A stretch of 32,231 bases of DNA. Source: Octopus bimaculoides (Eukaryota). Location of the stretch: assembly GCF_001194135.2 (NCBI RefSeq), contig NC_068991.1, positions 24,352,775 through 24,385,005 of the forward strand, read 5' to 3'. Below are positions 1 through 10,875 of the stretch, piece by piece; position 1 is the stretch's first letter, and each line of letters begins with the position of its first letter. The position numbers and the translations under genes are program-made. The notes under the pieces were generated by a model. That model was not told the origin of the DNA. It ran no database searches and saw only the letters and a list, made by a program, of their open reading frames with translations.

Positions 1-68
<68 letters not shown>
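1..68. repeat. (TG)n microsatellite
   Basis: Perfect dinucleotide run at the window start. Confidence 0.98.
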
Positions 69-72
<4 letters not shown>

Positions 73-95
73 TGTGTGGCCGCGCGCGTGTGTTG

Positions 96-150
96 ATGAG
101 TACCCGAGTGGTTAGGGTGCTAGACTCACGATTATATGGTTACGTGGGAG
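96..150 (+). mobile_element. Truncated tRNA-derived SINE head (head type C)
   Basis: agtggttagggtgctagactcacga resembles the A-box/anticodon part of the SINE head at 15465-15400 (-). Confidence 0.4.
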
Positions 151-270
151 CTGATTCATGGAGTTATACGCACTATCTACAAATCTCTTACCATCATTTT
201 ATATAAGAGATCTTCAATATTCTTGTTGTTCGGGTATATTTTTGCTTTATTTTTCATGGCTTTTAATTAA

Positions 271-406
271 CAAATTCCGCTCACAAATTATTGGTTAGCA
301 CGAGACAATGACAGAAGATATTTTCCTATGGTACGACTCAGTGAGATTGATCCTGGAACCACGTTATTGTAAAGCGAACTTCTTAATCCGCAGACATACC
401 TGCACC
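271..406 (-). mobile_element. Decayed tRNA-derived SINE, head type A (5' half)
   Basis: Reverse complement ggtgcaggtatgtctgcggattaagaagttcgc...ttgtgagcggaattt aligns by eye with the copy at 21983-22130. Confidence 0.65.
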
Positions 407-422
407 CAGTTAACTGAATTAA

Positions 423-652
423 GTGCGAACTGGCAGAATCGTTAGCACGCCGGACGAAATGCTTAGCGGTATTTCGTCTGCCGTTACGTTGTGAGTTCAA
501 ATTCCGCCGAGGTCGACTTTGCCTTTCATCCTTTCGGGGTCGATAAATTAAGTACCAGTTACGCACTGGAGTTGATGTAATCGACTTAATCCTTTTGTCT
601 GTCCTTGTTTGTCCCCTCTATGTTTAGCCCTTTGTGGGCAATAAAGAAATAT
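423..652 (+). mobile_element. tRNA-derived SINE, type B, near full length
   Basis: A-box-like tggcagaatcgttag, B-box gagttcaaattcc, body gccgaggtcgactttgcctttcatcctttcggggtcgataaa, A-rich end; related copies at 3120-3295 (-) and 26646-26728. Confidence 0.85.
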
Positions 653-2267
653 GAATTAAGTGCCTTGGCTTTGGATAATGCAAAATTGTAATATGATACG
701 AACTGCTGATCCTTTGAATCCATTGGGTTCTGACTGGGTCAGTTACGGCTTTCTTAGATTAAATGTTTGCTTTACGACACATAATTCGATATATTATTGC
801 GATAGAGTTGATAAAATAAACATGCACTTATCCTTCAATAAAGGACCTTGAACTTTATTTTAATAAATCAATATGTTCTCAGCACAGAAGATCGCTTTCA
901 TTTTTATAGTAACAAAAAAACTTGCGTGCACGTTAATTCTTTGTAAATCTCTTAATGCCAGCCATGAAAAGCAGATAAGTCGTTCGGGCATTTAATATTT
1001 ACCGATTATCTGTGCTCAGCTAAACAGTAGAAATAAATTAAGTGCCATAGAGTTAGAAAATATGGGGACAACTAGCAGTAATCTCTAACCAGCGATTTGA
1101 TTTCTTCGCAACAACTGTTTAATATATATATATATATATATAAGCGACCATTTTGTGGGGTTTATTTTCACTTCTATTATTCCGATGAAGGGTAGAAGTA
1201 ATTTTTCAAACGAAAATAATGTAATAACTACCAAATTAATTAATAATTATGAGCTGTAGATTTAACAAACAGACCTTATGATTAGAGGATATAGTAATAT
1301 TTTGGGATCAGACAGTAACTATAATATTTACAGAATAGAAAGAAGTGGAATGTTTATGTAACGCTTAAGTATTTCTTTATGGCTTTTTCGAAACGAATGT
1401 AACAGTAAAAATTTGATTATTCGGCTTTGTAGAATTTAGAATCTAAATGGTTACGTAAGGAAGGACTATCTTCATCACACTTTTAACCGAATAATGCCCG
1501 TAAGATAACGGATCGCTGTATTATCAGAGATAGCTTCGTTCTATCTAATTACTGAATTTATGACTCTACAGACCAAAGTGTAACAAGCTTCAATTCATTT
1601 CTCGTGTATTTTCTTCAAGCGATCCTAAAATCGTTGTCCATTAAGAGGTATCTCTCACTTAGGACACTGTGTAAAAGAATGGAAATCGCCAACAGTAATA
1701 TTCTTGTGTGTGTGTGTGTGTGTGATATAATTAGATTTGGTGTACGTTTGTTACCAGGGGAAATCTAACGAAGACCTGAGCAACGGATAAATTTAAAAGT
1801 TCAAGATAAAGATAGGGTTCATTTTGAAGACCATAGCTAAGTAACTTAGAAATCACTTCAATACACTGGTATTTCTACAAGTATGACGATGACTTCTAAT
1901 TCAAAATTGAAGGCAGAGCCAGGTATTTGGGGGAGGGATGGAATTCTTGTAGTATGTCAGTTTTGGCGGTTGGGAGAATAGTTTTAGCTGGAAGATGTTG
2001 AATTTAACGAATTTTGACTTTCTCAAAAATACAAGAGTTAAGAGAATTGTGTAGAATAAAGACTCGGGTTAATTTTGGTGCAGATAGACGAGTCACAAGG
2101 TTGAGATTCCTTATGCAACACTTCTTAACATATCAATACTCGAGAAGTTTAGGTGGCAGCTCGACAGTAAGATCAACCTTAAACTGCACATAGCCGTTTA
2201 AAAAAATGGAATACATTGAATAATGTATTCTGCAGCGTTTAAGAGGCTGAGAAGCACAAGACTTCAA

Positions 2268-2466
2268 CTTGAACGGGACGCTAGTCCTTCACAGGGCTAA
2301 CTCTCCAACAGTCGTTGATGTTTATTTTTCAGCTCTGAGTGGACTGAAGCAAAACGAAATGAAGAGCCTTGCCCAAGAACATAACGCATCATCCCTTCTG
2401 AGAATATAACGTTCAGTTTAACGATGGAGAATTCAAAACCCAAACAACGATACCACGCGCCCTCAC
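2268..2466 (-). mobile_element. Old SINE relic (type C-like head plus central cttgggcaag...cagtccactcag domain)
   Basis: Minus strand gtgagggcgcgtgg...gatgcgttatgttcttgggcaagg...cagtccactcagagctgaaaaat; heavily decayed. Confidence 0.5.
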
Positions 2467-3119
2467 ATTGTTGGAACAATGTAAAATAGGTGAGTCGACA
2501 AGTATTGCGTTAACTTGAAGTGCTGTATTTAACCCGTCGCCCAGTTTAACACAACCATCTGATTCATGGTTGCCCATAATGAAGTCCACTATGAAGTAAG
2601 CATTAAAACCAGATCTCCTGTCTAGAGATAGCTTCCTGTCTCTTTTCTCTCGCACCCATCAGTGGTATAGGGTGGAGTATGAGGAATGTACCAACCGCAC
2701 AGGGTGGCTACTTTTATATTGGTATGCTTGTTGTAGTAGAAGATGTGTTACGTTTAAAGAAGGTAACAGTCAATTAGGCTACAGAACAGAGCAGCCAAAA
2801 ACCATGCTACGCTGGCTTTTGTCATCCACCTGTCTCAGACACTTTGGAAAGAGTCATAGGTAGTGCGTTTCCCCTTGTTATGACCCTGAGCCTCTATCCG
2901 TACATCTCATAATGCAATAGACTTTCGCCTAGAAAGTTCTCCAAAGTGCAGGTCCGCGGAAGATAATCAATTTCCCATGCATATAAGATCGCCATTTCTA
3001 TGCCACTGATATTACTTGAGATAAAAGCTAGGACCGATACAGCTTAGCACCAGTGTCGAAGCAGATGATGCTATCAGAACGCAAAATCCGGAACAGATGC
3101 CACGAGGTAGCTAGCTCGT

Positions 3120-3295
3120 CCGGCGCTTTATTAATTTCGCTAATCCACTGTTTCAGACTGATACGTTATTTATCACCCACAGAAGAACGAAAAGCAAAGT
3201 TGATATCGGCAGGATTTCAACTCGGAGTGCATGGAACCGAAACAAACACCACAATGTGTCTATCCTGTGCTATAATAACACTGCCAGTTCTTCAC
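3120..3295 (-). mobile_element. Decayed type B SINE
   Basis: Minus strand gaactggcag...gagttgaaatcctgccgatatcaactttgcttttcgttcttctgtgggtgataaataa matches 423-560 with many substitutions. Confidence 0.55.
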
Positions 3296-3369
3296 TTCTA
3301 CGACTAAGACATTTATAAAAAAAAAAAACAGACTTCTATGTGGGAATAGCTTGATTTGCGAATGAATTT

Positions 3370-4050
3370 TACTGACTTACGCCATATACAGTGTGATTTC
3401 CCTTATATACGCTGTGCCTTATTTTATGTACTCTGCAACTAACCCTGTATACGCTTTTGTTTGTCATATCTAAACTGTGACTTACCTTATATCTTTTTTC
3501 GCTGCTTTCGCAGATTTTTATGACTCTCTGTCACCATCCAATTCCATTATTATGAATTTGAATTGGGAGCTTCAGTCATAATGAATCTTTCATTAGCTGA
3601 TTACACAACCATGGGCGTCACCCCTACGGATATGTAGCAGTTACTCTCTTGATAGAGCTTGGTGATCCTGACTGTTGATCCTCTTGGATTCCTCCGCTTA
3701 GCATCAATATAAGAAGCACCGCTGGCTCAGTTGAGCTCTTCCGCTACGTCTTCACAATCCGCCATGCTGCAGTCCCATAACTTCGCCGAGTCCTTAGCAG
3801 GGTAGATGAACAGATGCTATGCCTTGTCTAGTGGCAGCTCGTGACTATGGAGGTCACAGTTGTCATTCCGGAAGGTATTTTCAAAATACCCGCATACCTT
3901 GTATACTCTGTAATTTATCCTATGTACATTGTGACTTACCCTATATACTTTATGTGACTTACCTGATGTGCGCTGACTTAACTGTGTCTTATGCTATCTA
4001 TCCTGTGACGTTAACATATAGACACTGTGTATACATTATGATGTACACTA
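3370..4050. repeat. Degenerate ~20-bp minisatellite (tgtgacttaccctatatac-like) in two blocks, 3370-3495 and 3890-4050
   Basis: Units such as actgtgacttaccttatatc (~3474), attgtgacttaccctatatac (~3928) and tatgtgacttacctgatgtgc (~3952). Confidence 0.55.
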
Positions 4051-4457
4051 CTTAAAAGAGAAAAATTTCGGTGGTACACCCTATGGTCCATCGTATTTAT
4101 AGGACTCACCAATATGTTCTTTAACTCCTCACGTTTCTGTATCTGCAATAAGAATTTCTTGTAGAGGTGACTTTACGATTCATCAACTGTCAATGCAAGT
4201 ATTGGTTATAAACATCCATTTTAATGCCTTGTTTCCATTTATCTCTTAGTTTTTACTATCATTCAGCTTCCTGTTTACAGTTAGTGTACCGCTTTAAATT
4301 GGCAGGCAAAACTAATCCATAACACACAAATGGCAAGCTGGAAAAATCTTGTTCTATGGATTGATTAAGAACAGTCCATGTTATAAATAGATCAACAGAT
4401 TATTGATTGAATTTTAATATTCTTTCTACGTGTTTTCTTTTTTATTTCTTCCTTTCT

Positions 4458-4472
4458 CCTCTCTCTCTCTCT

Positions 4473-4525
<53 letters not shown>

Positions 4526-4575
4526 GACACGCATTCACACTCACATACACGCGCACACATACACAAACACACACT
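4458..4575. repeat. Compound (CT)n/(CA)n microsatellite
   Basis: Direct reading. Confidence 0.95.
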
Positions 4576-4921
4576 CCTCTTTTTTATTCTCTTGGCGCGG
4601 CAGTTTTCCATATGCCACTCGCCTAATAGGTATTATCGGGTGTTAAACTACGATAATTAGTTTATAATTAGGATAAAATACAAAACCAACACGACAGTGA
4701 ATAAAATAATGAAATATTGACGTCAATCTGCAGATATTAACTATGGCGTCGATCAACTAACATGTGTGGCCAACAGTTTGTTTGTATTCTATTGCTAGTA
4801 TTTCACAATGCCTGTAGCCAAGACACTTCACTTTCAAATGTTACAGTGCATCACTAGATACCATAAGCTGTTATTAGTTTTTTAGTCCCAAGTTAACAAG
4901 TCATGTGATCGAAAACATTTT

Positions 4922-4982
4922 TCTCTCTCTCTCTATTACCATCTATCTCTTTCCCTTTTCTCTCTCTCCTTCTCTATCTCCT

Positions 4983-5057
<75 letters not shown>
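4922..5057. repeat. (CT)n microsatellite
   Basis: Direct reading. Confidence 0.95.
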
Positions 5058-5059
<2 letters not shown>

Positions 5060-5349
5060 ATACTGTTATTCATTCTAATCGAGCACCTTTCTATTAGACT
5101 TGAAAGATCGCCCCTTTTTGTAAAGAGGTAGATGCAACACACCGTCCTACATCTTGGAATTCACTCACTAACAGATTCACTCCACCTTCTAAACCCAAGA
5201 GCATAATGTCTCTTTCTCTGGGGTCTTTTTTTTTCTATCATTACCATAACTGGTAGATAGACCACCCTCCGGCATATTTTTTTTTGGATGCCCCATGTTG
5301 AATTGCAAAATTCTAATGTGATATTTGTGTATTAACGATATCAAGCCTG

Positions 5350-5389
5350 GAGAGAGAGAGTGTGTGTGTGTGTTTATATTACAGAGACA

Positions 5390-5445
<56 letters not shown>
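5350..5445. repeat. Compound (GA)n/(GT)n microsatellite
   Basis: Direct reading. Confidence 0.95.
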
Positions 5446-5447
<2 letters not shown>

Positions 5448-7432
5448 ATTGCAAACAATGAATGAAATAAACAGGAAATGAAAAAAATCGTATAAATAAA
5501 AGTTCGTTAAAAACTATATTGTTCCGAATATTTAAATTTGAAATATTCAATAATGAAAGGAAGTTCATAGACTAAATTTTCCTGAAAACTTCAATTTGTA
5601 AAAAATCTCACTTGCTTAGTAAATATTTCTTTCGGTAATTTATCGTAGTTGTAATATATCTTTAATTTAAACAAACTTCTAGGTAACCCAACTACATTTA
5701 GCATGCTAGAAATAGCAGCGATCACATAGTTATTATTGTAAGGCTTCTAGCGTTCCAAACAGCCATACCATCAAAATCACTTCTTCATTTTTTTTAATTA
5801 TACCAGTATATTAAAAAAAATTTCATTTTATCAAAAATATTCATTCATTTAACAAACTCCGGAAACTGATATTATCATAAGTCTCAAAGTTATACTGCTA
5901 TTTTGTTTAATAGCATTCAATCATTCAATGAATATTTTTTTTACATTATGTATATAGAATAAATTGTGGGTTTTGCAAATAGCGAATTAAAGCTTGAAAT
6001 GAAAACATTGAAATGAATACATATTAAATTATCATTAATGAAGATAAAGGCGAGAGAGAGTGAGAGTTTGTTGCAAATAAAAACGGAAAATACCTCTTGC
6101 AACGAAAATTGTTTATTAAGCATTAAAATCTACTCTGCAGTGAATGCAATGAATATTTAAATTTGTGAACAACTTGTAGTTCAAATATTCAGTAAACTAG
6201 AAATCGAAATTACAGGAAATTTCTTGGAACATGAATTTATAAAAGAATTTCCAGACGGTAAAGCCTTTAATAATTGTTTTCTTTTAGTTAGTAACTGTTA
6301 CATACCTAATTAATAAGCAGCTTTCTCCATCATAATATAGATGGCCTCTTCTCCTTGGATCTGATTGCTTTCATACCTCCACTACTCAAGTACCTCTGAT
6401 CCACTCGTCTCTCGTCACCATGGTGTGTCCAACCATGATCAGCCCAGCGCTAACCCAATCCTTCATCACCAGAGTATTGGCCTTCTGGTTCCTTCTCCCT
6501 GCTTATGACTTTCTTATTTTCCTACAGTCATAAATCTGCAACAGAACAGTAACAGAACCAATATCACCCATCTCGAAGGCCCACAAATGTCATAAGCTTT
6601 ACTTCTTACCTTCAGACTCAGTTAAAAGGAAGGCTCACCATCTTGCTGCTTTGTACGTCTAGAACTCCATTATGCTATATATCTTCCTTCTTTTACGGTT
6701 TAGTCTGGAGGAGGCAGGGATTGTAGCCATGGCTTTTGCAAGTCTTCCGAGACTATGAGATCGACGTGATTTATGCTCCTCTTGAAGAGCTGAAGGAAAA
6801 TGATGGACGAGGGTGAAATTCCTAAGGGCTGACGTTCTGAAGATGAAGGACTAGAAAACAGTTGTTAGTTCGGGGCCTGGGGGTTCGATACAATATACGA
6901 TGATGAGAGGAAGATAGGAAAATGAATCAAGAAGTCCTCATTGAAGATGAAATGAAACTAGCCTGCTCCGCGAAACAGAGGTACCCCTGAAGCAGAGGTA
7001 ACAGCGACAGAAAATAAATGTAGAATGAAGAGACTGCACTTCTGTGAGTCAAAGAACAGAGCGTTTGCGAACGACTACATACCAAAAGATTGGTGGCCTT
7101 ACTCTTTTTGGATATTGTCTAAGGTGTCTGTATGTATAGCAACAGCAGCAGCAGCAGCCCCAGATACTGGAGAATATTCCATTATGAATCACACTTGAGT
7201 TTTGTTGTCGAAGCTGAAGTATTTTTGAGATCCTGAAAAAGAAGGCCAGTCTTTGTGATGAAGTTTTTGCAATGTTAAGTATGTGAAATCTCTAGGAGTG
7301 ACTATCACCGGAGATAAGGCCTAAAGCAAAGTTTAATATTTAAGACAACAAGTTATAATTTGAAGGAGATTTTGCTATTATTTCTTGCAGTTCGAGTGAC
7401 TACATAGATGATATGTAACTCACTGCTTAAGC

Positions 7433-7490
7433 CAAGGTCAGTTCTGATCCAGGAATTTATGATCAAAAACATTCCAGTCGTGACCATATA
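7433..7490 (+). repeat. Fragment of unclassified interspersed repeat (family D)
   Basis: Motif tatgatcaaaaacattccagtcgtgaccat recurs in decayed form at ~8027, ~18776 and ~25820. Confidence 0.5.
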
Positions 7491-8004
7491 AGGAGGTGAG
7501 GTCTAATTTCAAGAGATTCGGGCTCCTTGCTCTAGCAGATTAAACTATCGATTAGATGCTTCCTTGTCGATAAAACTAGTTGTTATGAATAGCAATAAAT
7601 CTATAATTTATGGATATCTCATCAACACCAAACATTTAGAGCATATTGTCTCAGTCATGAACTGTGACTATGCTGGGGCACAACTGTAGATAGTTTTAAT
7701 GGATAGTATCGACCCTACTATGTATGTGCATTTTAACCTGCCATTTATTTTGTGTATCAATATATATCGAACCGTTAAGTTAATGGACAACATTTACAAT
7801 ATCTACGCCACATTTCCATCGGATTCCTCGATATGTGCACATTTCCACAGTTTGGAGTCATGCCTATATGCAGGAAAAGACAGCTGATGATGATCGGGGG
7901 GTCAAACCAATCAAAGCAACATTTTGATATTTAAAAATTGTAAATATACATTCTAAAGATGAGAATAATAAATTCAGAATATGATTTTTTGTTTTCGTTA
8001 TTGA

Positions 8005-8100
8005 ACCCCAGACCATTTATGAATTATAATCAAAAGCATTCCAGCCTACACAGTCCAGTGTGTATATCTTTTTTAAGACACTATAAATAGCAGCCAAATT
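8005..8100 (+). repeat. Family D fragment
   Basis: tataatcaaaagcattccagcc resembles 7458-7487. Confidence 0.4.
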
Positions 8101-8212
8101 TGTTTAAATGTTAGTTGCTCACGTCTGTATGACAGAGCTGGCTACTCACGTCTGTGTAAATGGAACTGATAACACTTAAGATATTATAATTACTAATTTC
8201 CTTCTCCTTTAG

Positions 8213-8244
8213 ACTCCAGATATATTTGGACAGTGAAGTATGAG
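8213..8244 (+). CDS. Speculative short exon (..SRYIWTVKYE)
   Basis: ctaat branch-like site, pyrimidine tract and AG (8211-8212); GT donors at 8238 or 8245; open in one frame; no homology recognised. Confidence 0.15.
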
Positions 8245-9017
8245 GTATCATTCTAAGTTCCTGAATGTACATATATCATATGTTGCGAGGAACATCTTTT
8301 AATGTTTTCTGAGCGAGCCCTATATAACTTTTGTTTAATCTGTTAGAGAAGTCTTAGCTCTTTGAGAAAGACATACCTGATATGAGAGCTGTTGCAATTA
8401 TGTAAAAGAGAAGAGTTCAGCACGTGTACAAGAAAGTTTTCTTCCGTTTATGTAGCTAGGGAATTAACGACATTTTGAGGGCAGCTGTAACTTACCTCAA
8501 TACTATTTCTACTAAATATTTGTGATCTATGAGAAAATGCCTATTTATAAGGTTTAGGTAAGACATAGAACATTGGAATGCACATTTAAATTATGTGGTG
8601 GATGGTAACATTTAACTGTTAATTTTCATTTTTTGCATTTATAAATATTAGCGTTGTTGTGTACGTGGTGGATTTTATCTATAAATCTATCGTCTTTCAA
8701 TGCCTCATTATACTAATGAGCAGCACTGTAAAAGGATTTCTCGCCGGAGGATAAACTCGATATACCCGCACTGATATTATTAAAGGCTTTTATTTATTGG
8801 GAGATGGTCGAAATTTATATTAATATATTGGAATTTCTCATTAGGTTACTTAAGAATAGTATTTATCGGCACCTAAATCTAGACTTAATAAGTAAGAAAT
8901 TGACTATACTTAGGTTCGCTTCAGCATTAATCTTCAAACCGCTTTGGATATGTTGATAAACTTCTTCACAACATCCATTATATAAACATTCATACTTTGA
9001 AAAATAAATACTTCATC

Positions 9018-9186
9018 CAGTTCTATATCTAAGAGGTGAGGAATTATGTACATTATTTACATTTGACGGATATTTGTCCTCATCTTGTTTGTTGTTAACA
9101 CATTTCAGCTGATATACCCTCCAGCCTTCATCAGGTATCTTGGGGAAATTTCGAACCTGGGTTCTCATTCCTAAGGTATTTTTCGA

Positions 9187-9187
<1 letters not shown>
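9018..9187 (-). mobile_element. Left arm of inverted repeat; Penelope pLTR-like, hammerhead-containing module
   Basis: Reverse complement of 9048-9187 matches 10352-10493 with 6 substitutions and one 3-nt indel over ~140 bp. Confidence 0.75.
9097..9139 (-). ncRNA. Minimal type I hammerhead ribozyme relic (predicted inactive)
   Basis: Minus strand GATAC-CTGATGA-A-GGCTG-gagggtatat-CAGCT-GAAAT-GTGTT; core intact, but a 3-nt deletion removes the cleavage triplet. Confidence 0.6.

Positions 9188-9191
<4 letters not shown>

Positions 9192-9249
<58 letters not shown>
9192..9249. repeat. (TAT)n microsatellite running into a gap
   Basis: Direct reading. Confidence 0.97.
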
Positions 9250-9344
9250 NNNNNNNNNNNNNNNNNNNNNNNNNNNNNNNNNNNNNNNNNNNNNNNNNNN
9301 NNNNNNNNNNNNNNNNNNNNNNNNNNNNNNNNNNNNNNNNNNNN
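9250..9344. other. Assembly gap at the putative symmetry centre of the palindromic element
   Basis: N run. Confidence 0.99.
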
Positions 9345-9383
9345 TACTAACCCCAAGATTCCGAGTTCGATTCCAAGCAGTGA

Positions 9384-9387
<4 letters not shown>
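9345..9387 (+). mobile_element. 3' part of a tRNA-like (Pol III) head
   Basis: tactaaccccaagattccGAGTTCGATTCCaagcagtgacc with a B-box at 9363-9374, directly followed by (AAT)n. Confidence 0.6.

Positions 9388-9458
<71 letters not shown>
9388..9458. repeat. (AAT)n microsatellite, left flank/target of the LINE
   Basis: Direct reading. Confidence 0.97.
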
Positions 9459-9460
<2 letters not shown>

Positions 9461-9610
9461 GTTCAACTCCAACCCCAAAAAATTCTACGAAGAACTTGGC
9501 AAAAGTAAAATAGACATTACTGCAGCACCAACAGTAGAAGAAGTGGAAGAATTTTTGAAAGAAATATGGTCGGTGAAGAAGCAACCTCAGAAAAGGACTA
9601 TTAAAACAAC

Positions 9611-9791
9611 GATCAATTAATGATCAATAAAGCCATAACTGAAGATAGCCGCAGAAAGAAGAAAGGCCTCAGTATGGCCTGGATCGACTACCGAAAGGCT
9701 TTTGATAGTGTTCCTCACACGTGGATCCTCGAAACACTAGTCATAAACAAGGTAGCACCAATAATTATAAAATACATAAGACACTCTATGA
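9611..9791 (+). pseudogene. Reverse transcriptase fragment (R4/Dong type)
   Basis: DQLMINKAITEDSRRKKKGLSMAWIDYRKAFDSVPHTWILETL; cut by the gap at 9792. Confidence 0.9.
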
Positions 9792-9934
9792 NNNNNNNNN
9801 NNNNNNNNNNNNNNNNNNNNNNNNNNNNNNNNNNNNNNNNNNNNNNNNNNNNNNNNNNNNNNNNNNNNNNNNNNNNNNNNNNNNNNNNNNNAATGTTTAG
9901 GAATCAATGAACTAGATAGGATACAACACACACA

Positions 9935-10171
9935 AATGAAATAGAGAAACTTTCAAAATACAAAGACCTGGAAATAGAGGTAACTCAAATGTGGAATCTA
10001 AAAACAGAAACAATTCCTATCATAGTAGGCACATTAGGTATGATAATAAAAGACTTAGACAAATACATAACAAAAACACCAGGACTTACAAGTATATATA
10101 ACATACAGAAAATTTCACTACTGGGCACTGCACACATCCTACGCAAAACACTTTCAATACAGTATCCATAA
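9935..10171 (+). pseudogene. Restriction-like endonuclease C-terminal fragment (R4/Dong type)
   Basis: NEIEKLSKYKDLEIEVTQMWNLKTETIPIIVGTLGMIIK...KISLLGTAHILRKTLSIQ. Confidence 0.88.
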
Positions 10172-10262
10172 GAGCATCACAGCAAACCACAGCACATACT
10201 CAGGGCACACAGAGCTGCGCTCGATAGTGAAGTGAAAGCACGCTATAAAAATAAAACTACTG

Positions 10263-10278
10263 AATAATAATAATAATA

Positions 10279-10348
<70 letters not shown>
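10263..10348. repeat. (AAT)6 followed by (TAT)n, a self-complementary microsatellite
   Basis: Polarity switch at 10280/10281. Confidence 0.95.
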
Positions 10349-10351
<3 letters not shown>

Positions 10352-10353
<2 letters not shown>

Positions 10354-10494
10354 CGAAAAATACCTTAGGATTGAGATCCCAGGTTCGAAATTTCCCCAAG
10401 ACACCTAATGAAGTCTGGAGGGTATATCAGCCGAAATGTTGTGTTAACAACAAACAAGATGAGGACAAATATCCGTCAAATGTAAATAATGTAA
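10352..10494 (+). mobile_element. Right arm of inverted repeat; Penelope pLTR-like, hammerhead-containing module
   Basis: About 95% identical to the reverse complement of 9048-9187. Confidence 0.75.
10400..10445 (+). ncRNA. Minimal type I hammerhead ribozyme relic (predicted inactive)
   Basis: GACAC-CTAATGA-A-GTCTG-gagggtatat-CAGCC-GAAAT-GTT-GTGTT; stem I GACAC/GTGTT; G5A change in the core. Confidence 0.6.
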
Positions 10495-10832
10495 ACACTT
10501 CATCATCACAGTAAAGACTGAACTATATGGAGTAGAATCTCTTCTGAAGTAAATGTAAAGGTATAGGCTAAAGATGAGTGAAATAACAATATATCATTGG
10601 TATCATTTTATTAATCTCGAATAAATGAAAATCAAAATATATGTTGACGAAGAGGGCGTTTCTACGTTGTTATTCGACTGGTTAAAGGTAGTAGATACAC
10701 GTTCCTCAAATCTCATCCTGTCCTGTTGATGTGAAAGGCGTAGGGCATGTGTATTTCCAGTGTGATATAGTCTTAAGTAAACCATTTCATTAAAAAGATG
10801 TAATTGTCATGGTTTTAGTATCTTTGACGAAG

Positions 10833-10875
<43 letters not shown>

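Larger units (their letters stand above)
9459..10265 (+). mobile_element. Internally deleted R4/Dong-clade non-LTR retrotransposon
   Basis: Collinear pieces: QFNSNPKKFYEELGK..PTVEEVEEFLKEIW (N-terminal region), DQLMINKAI..MAWIDYRKAFDSVPHTWI (RT), CLGINELDRIQHTQMK (end of RT), EKLSKYKDLEIEV..IPIIVGTLG..LLGTAHILRKTL (restriction-like endonuclease C-terminus), ~90-bp 3' UTR, (AAT)n tail. Confidence 0.9.

Noticed and set aside
1180-1225. ccgatgaagggtagaag..cgaaa hammerhead-like spacing
   Set aside because: Core mismatch and no credible stem II pairing.
7391-7436. Good acceptor and gtcagt donor
   Set aside because: Stops in all three frames; the donor lies in a family D repeat fragment.
7585-7887. 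+ frame MNSNKSIIYGYLINTKHLEHIVSVMNCDY..*..MDSIDPTMY..
   Set aside because: Internal stop, no recognisable family and no splice support.
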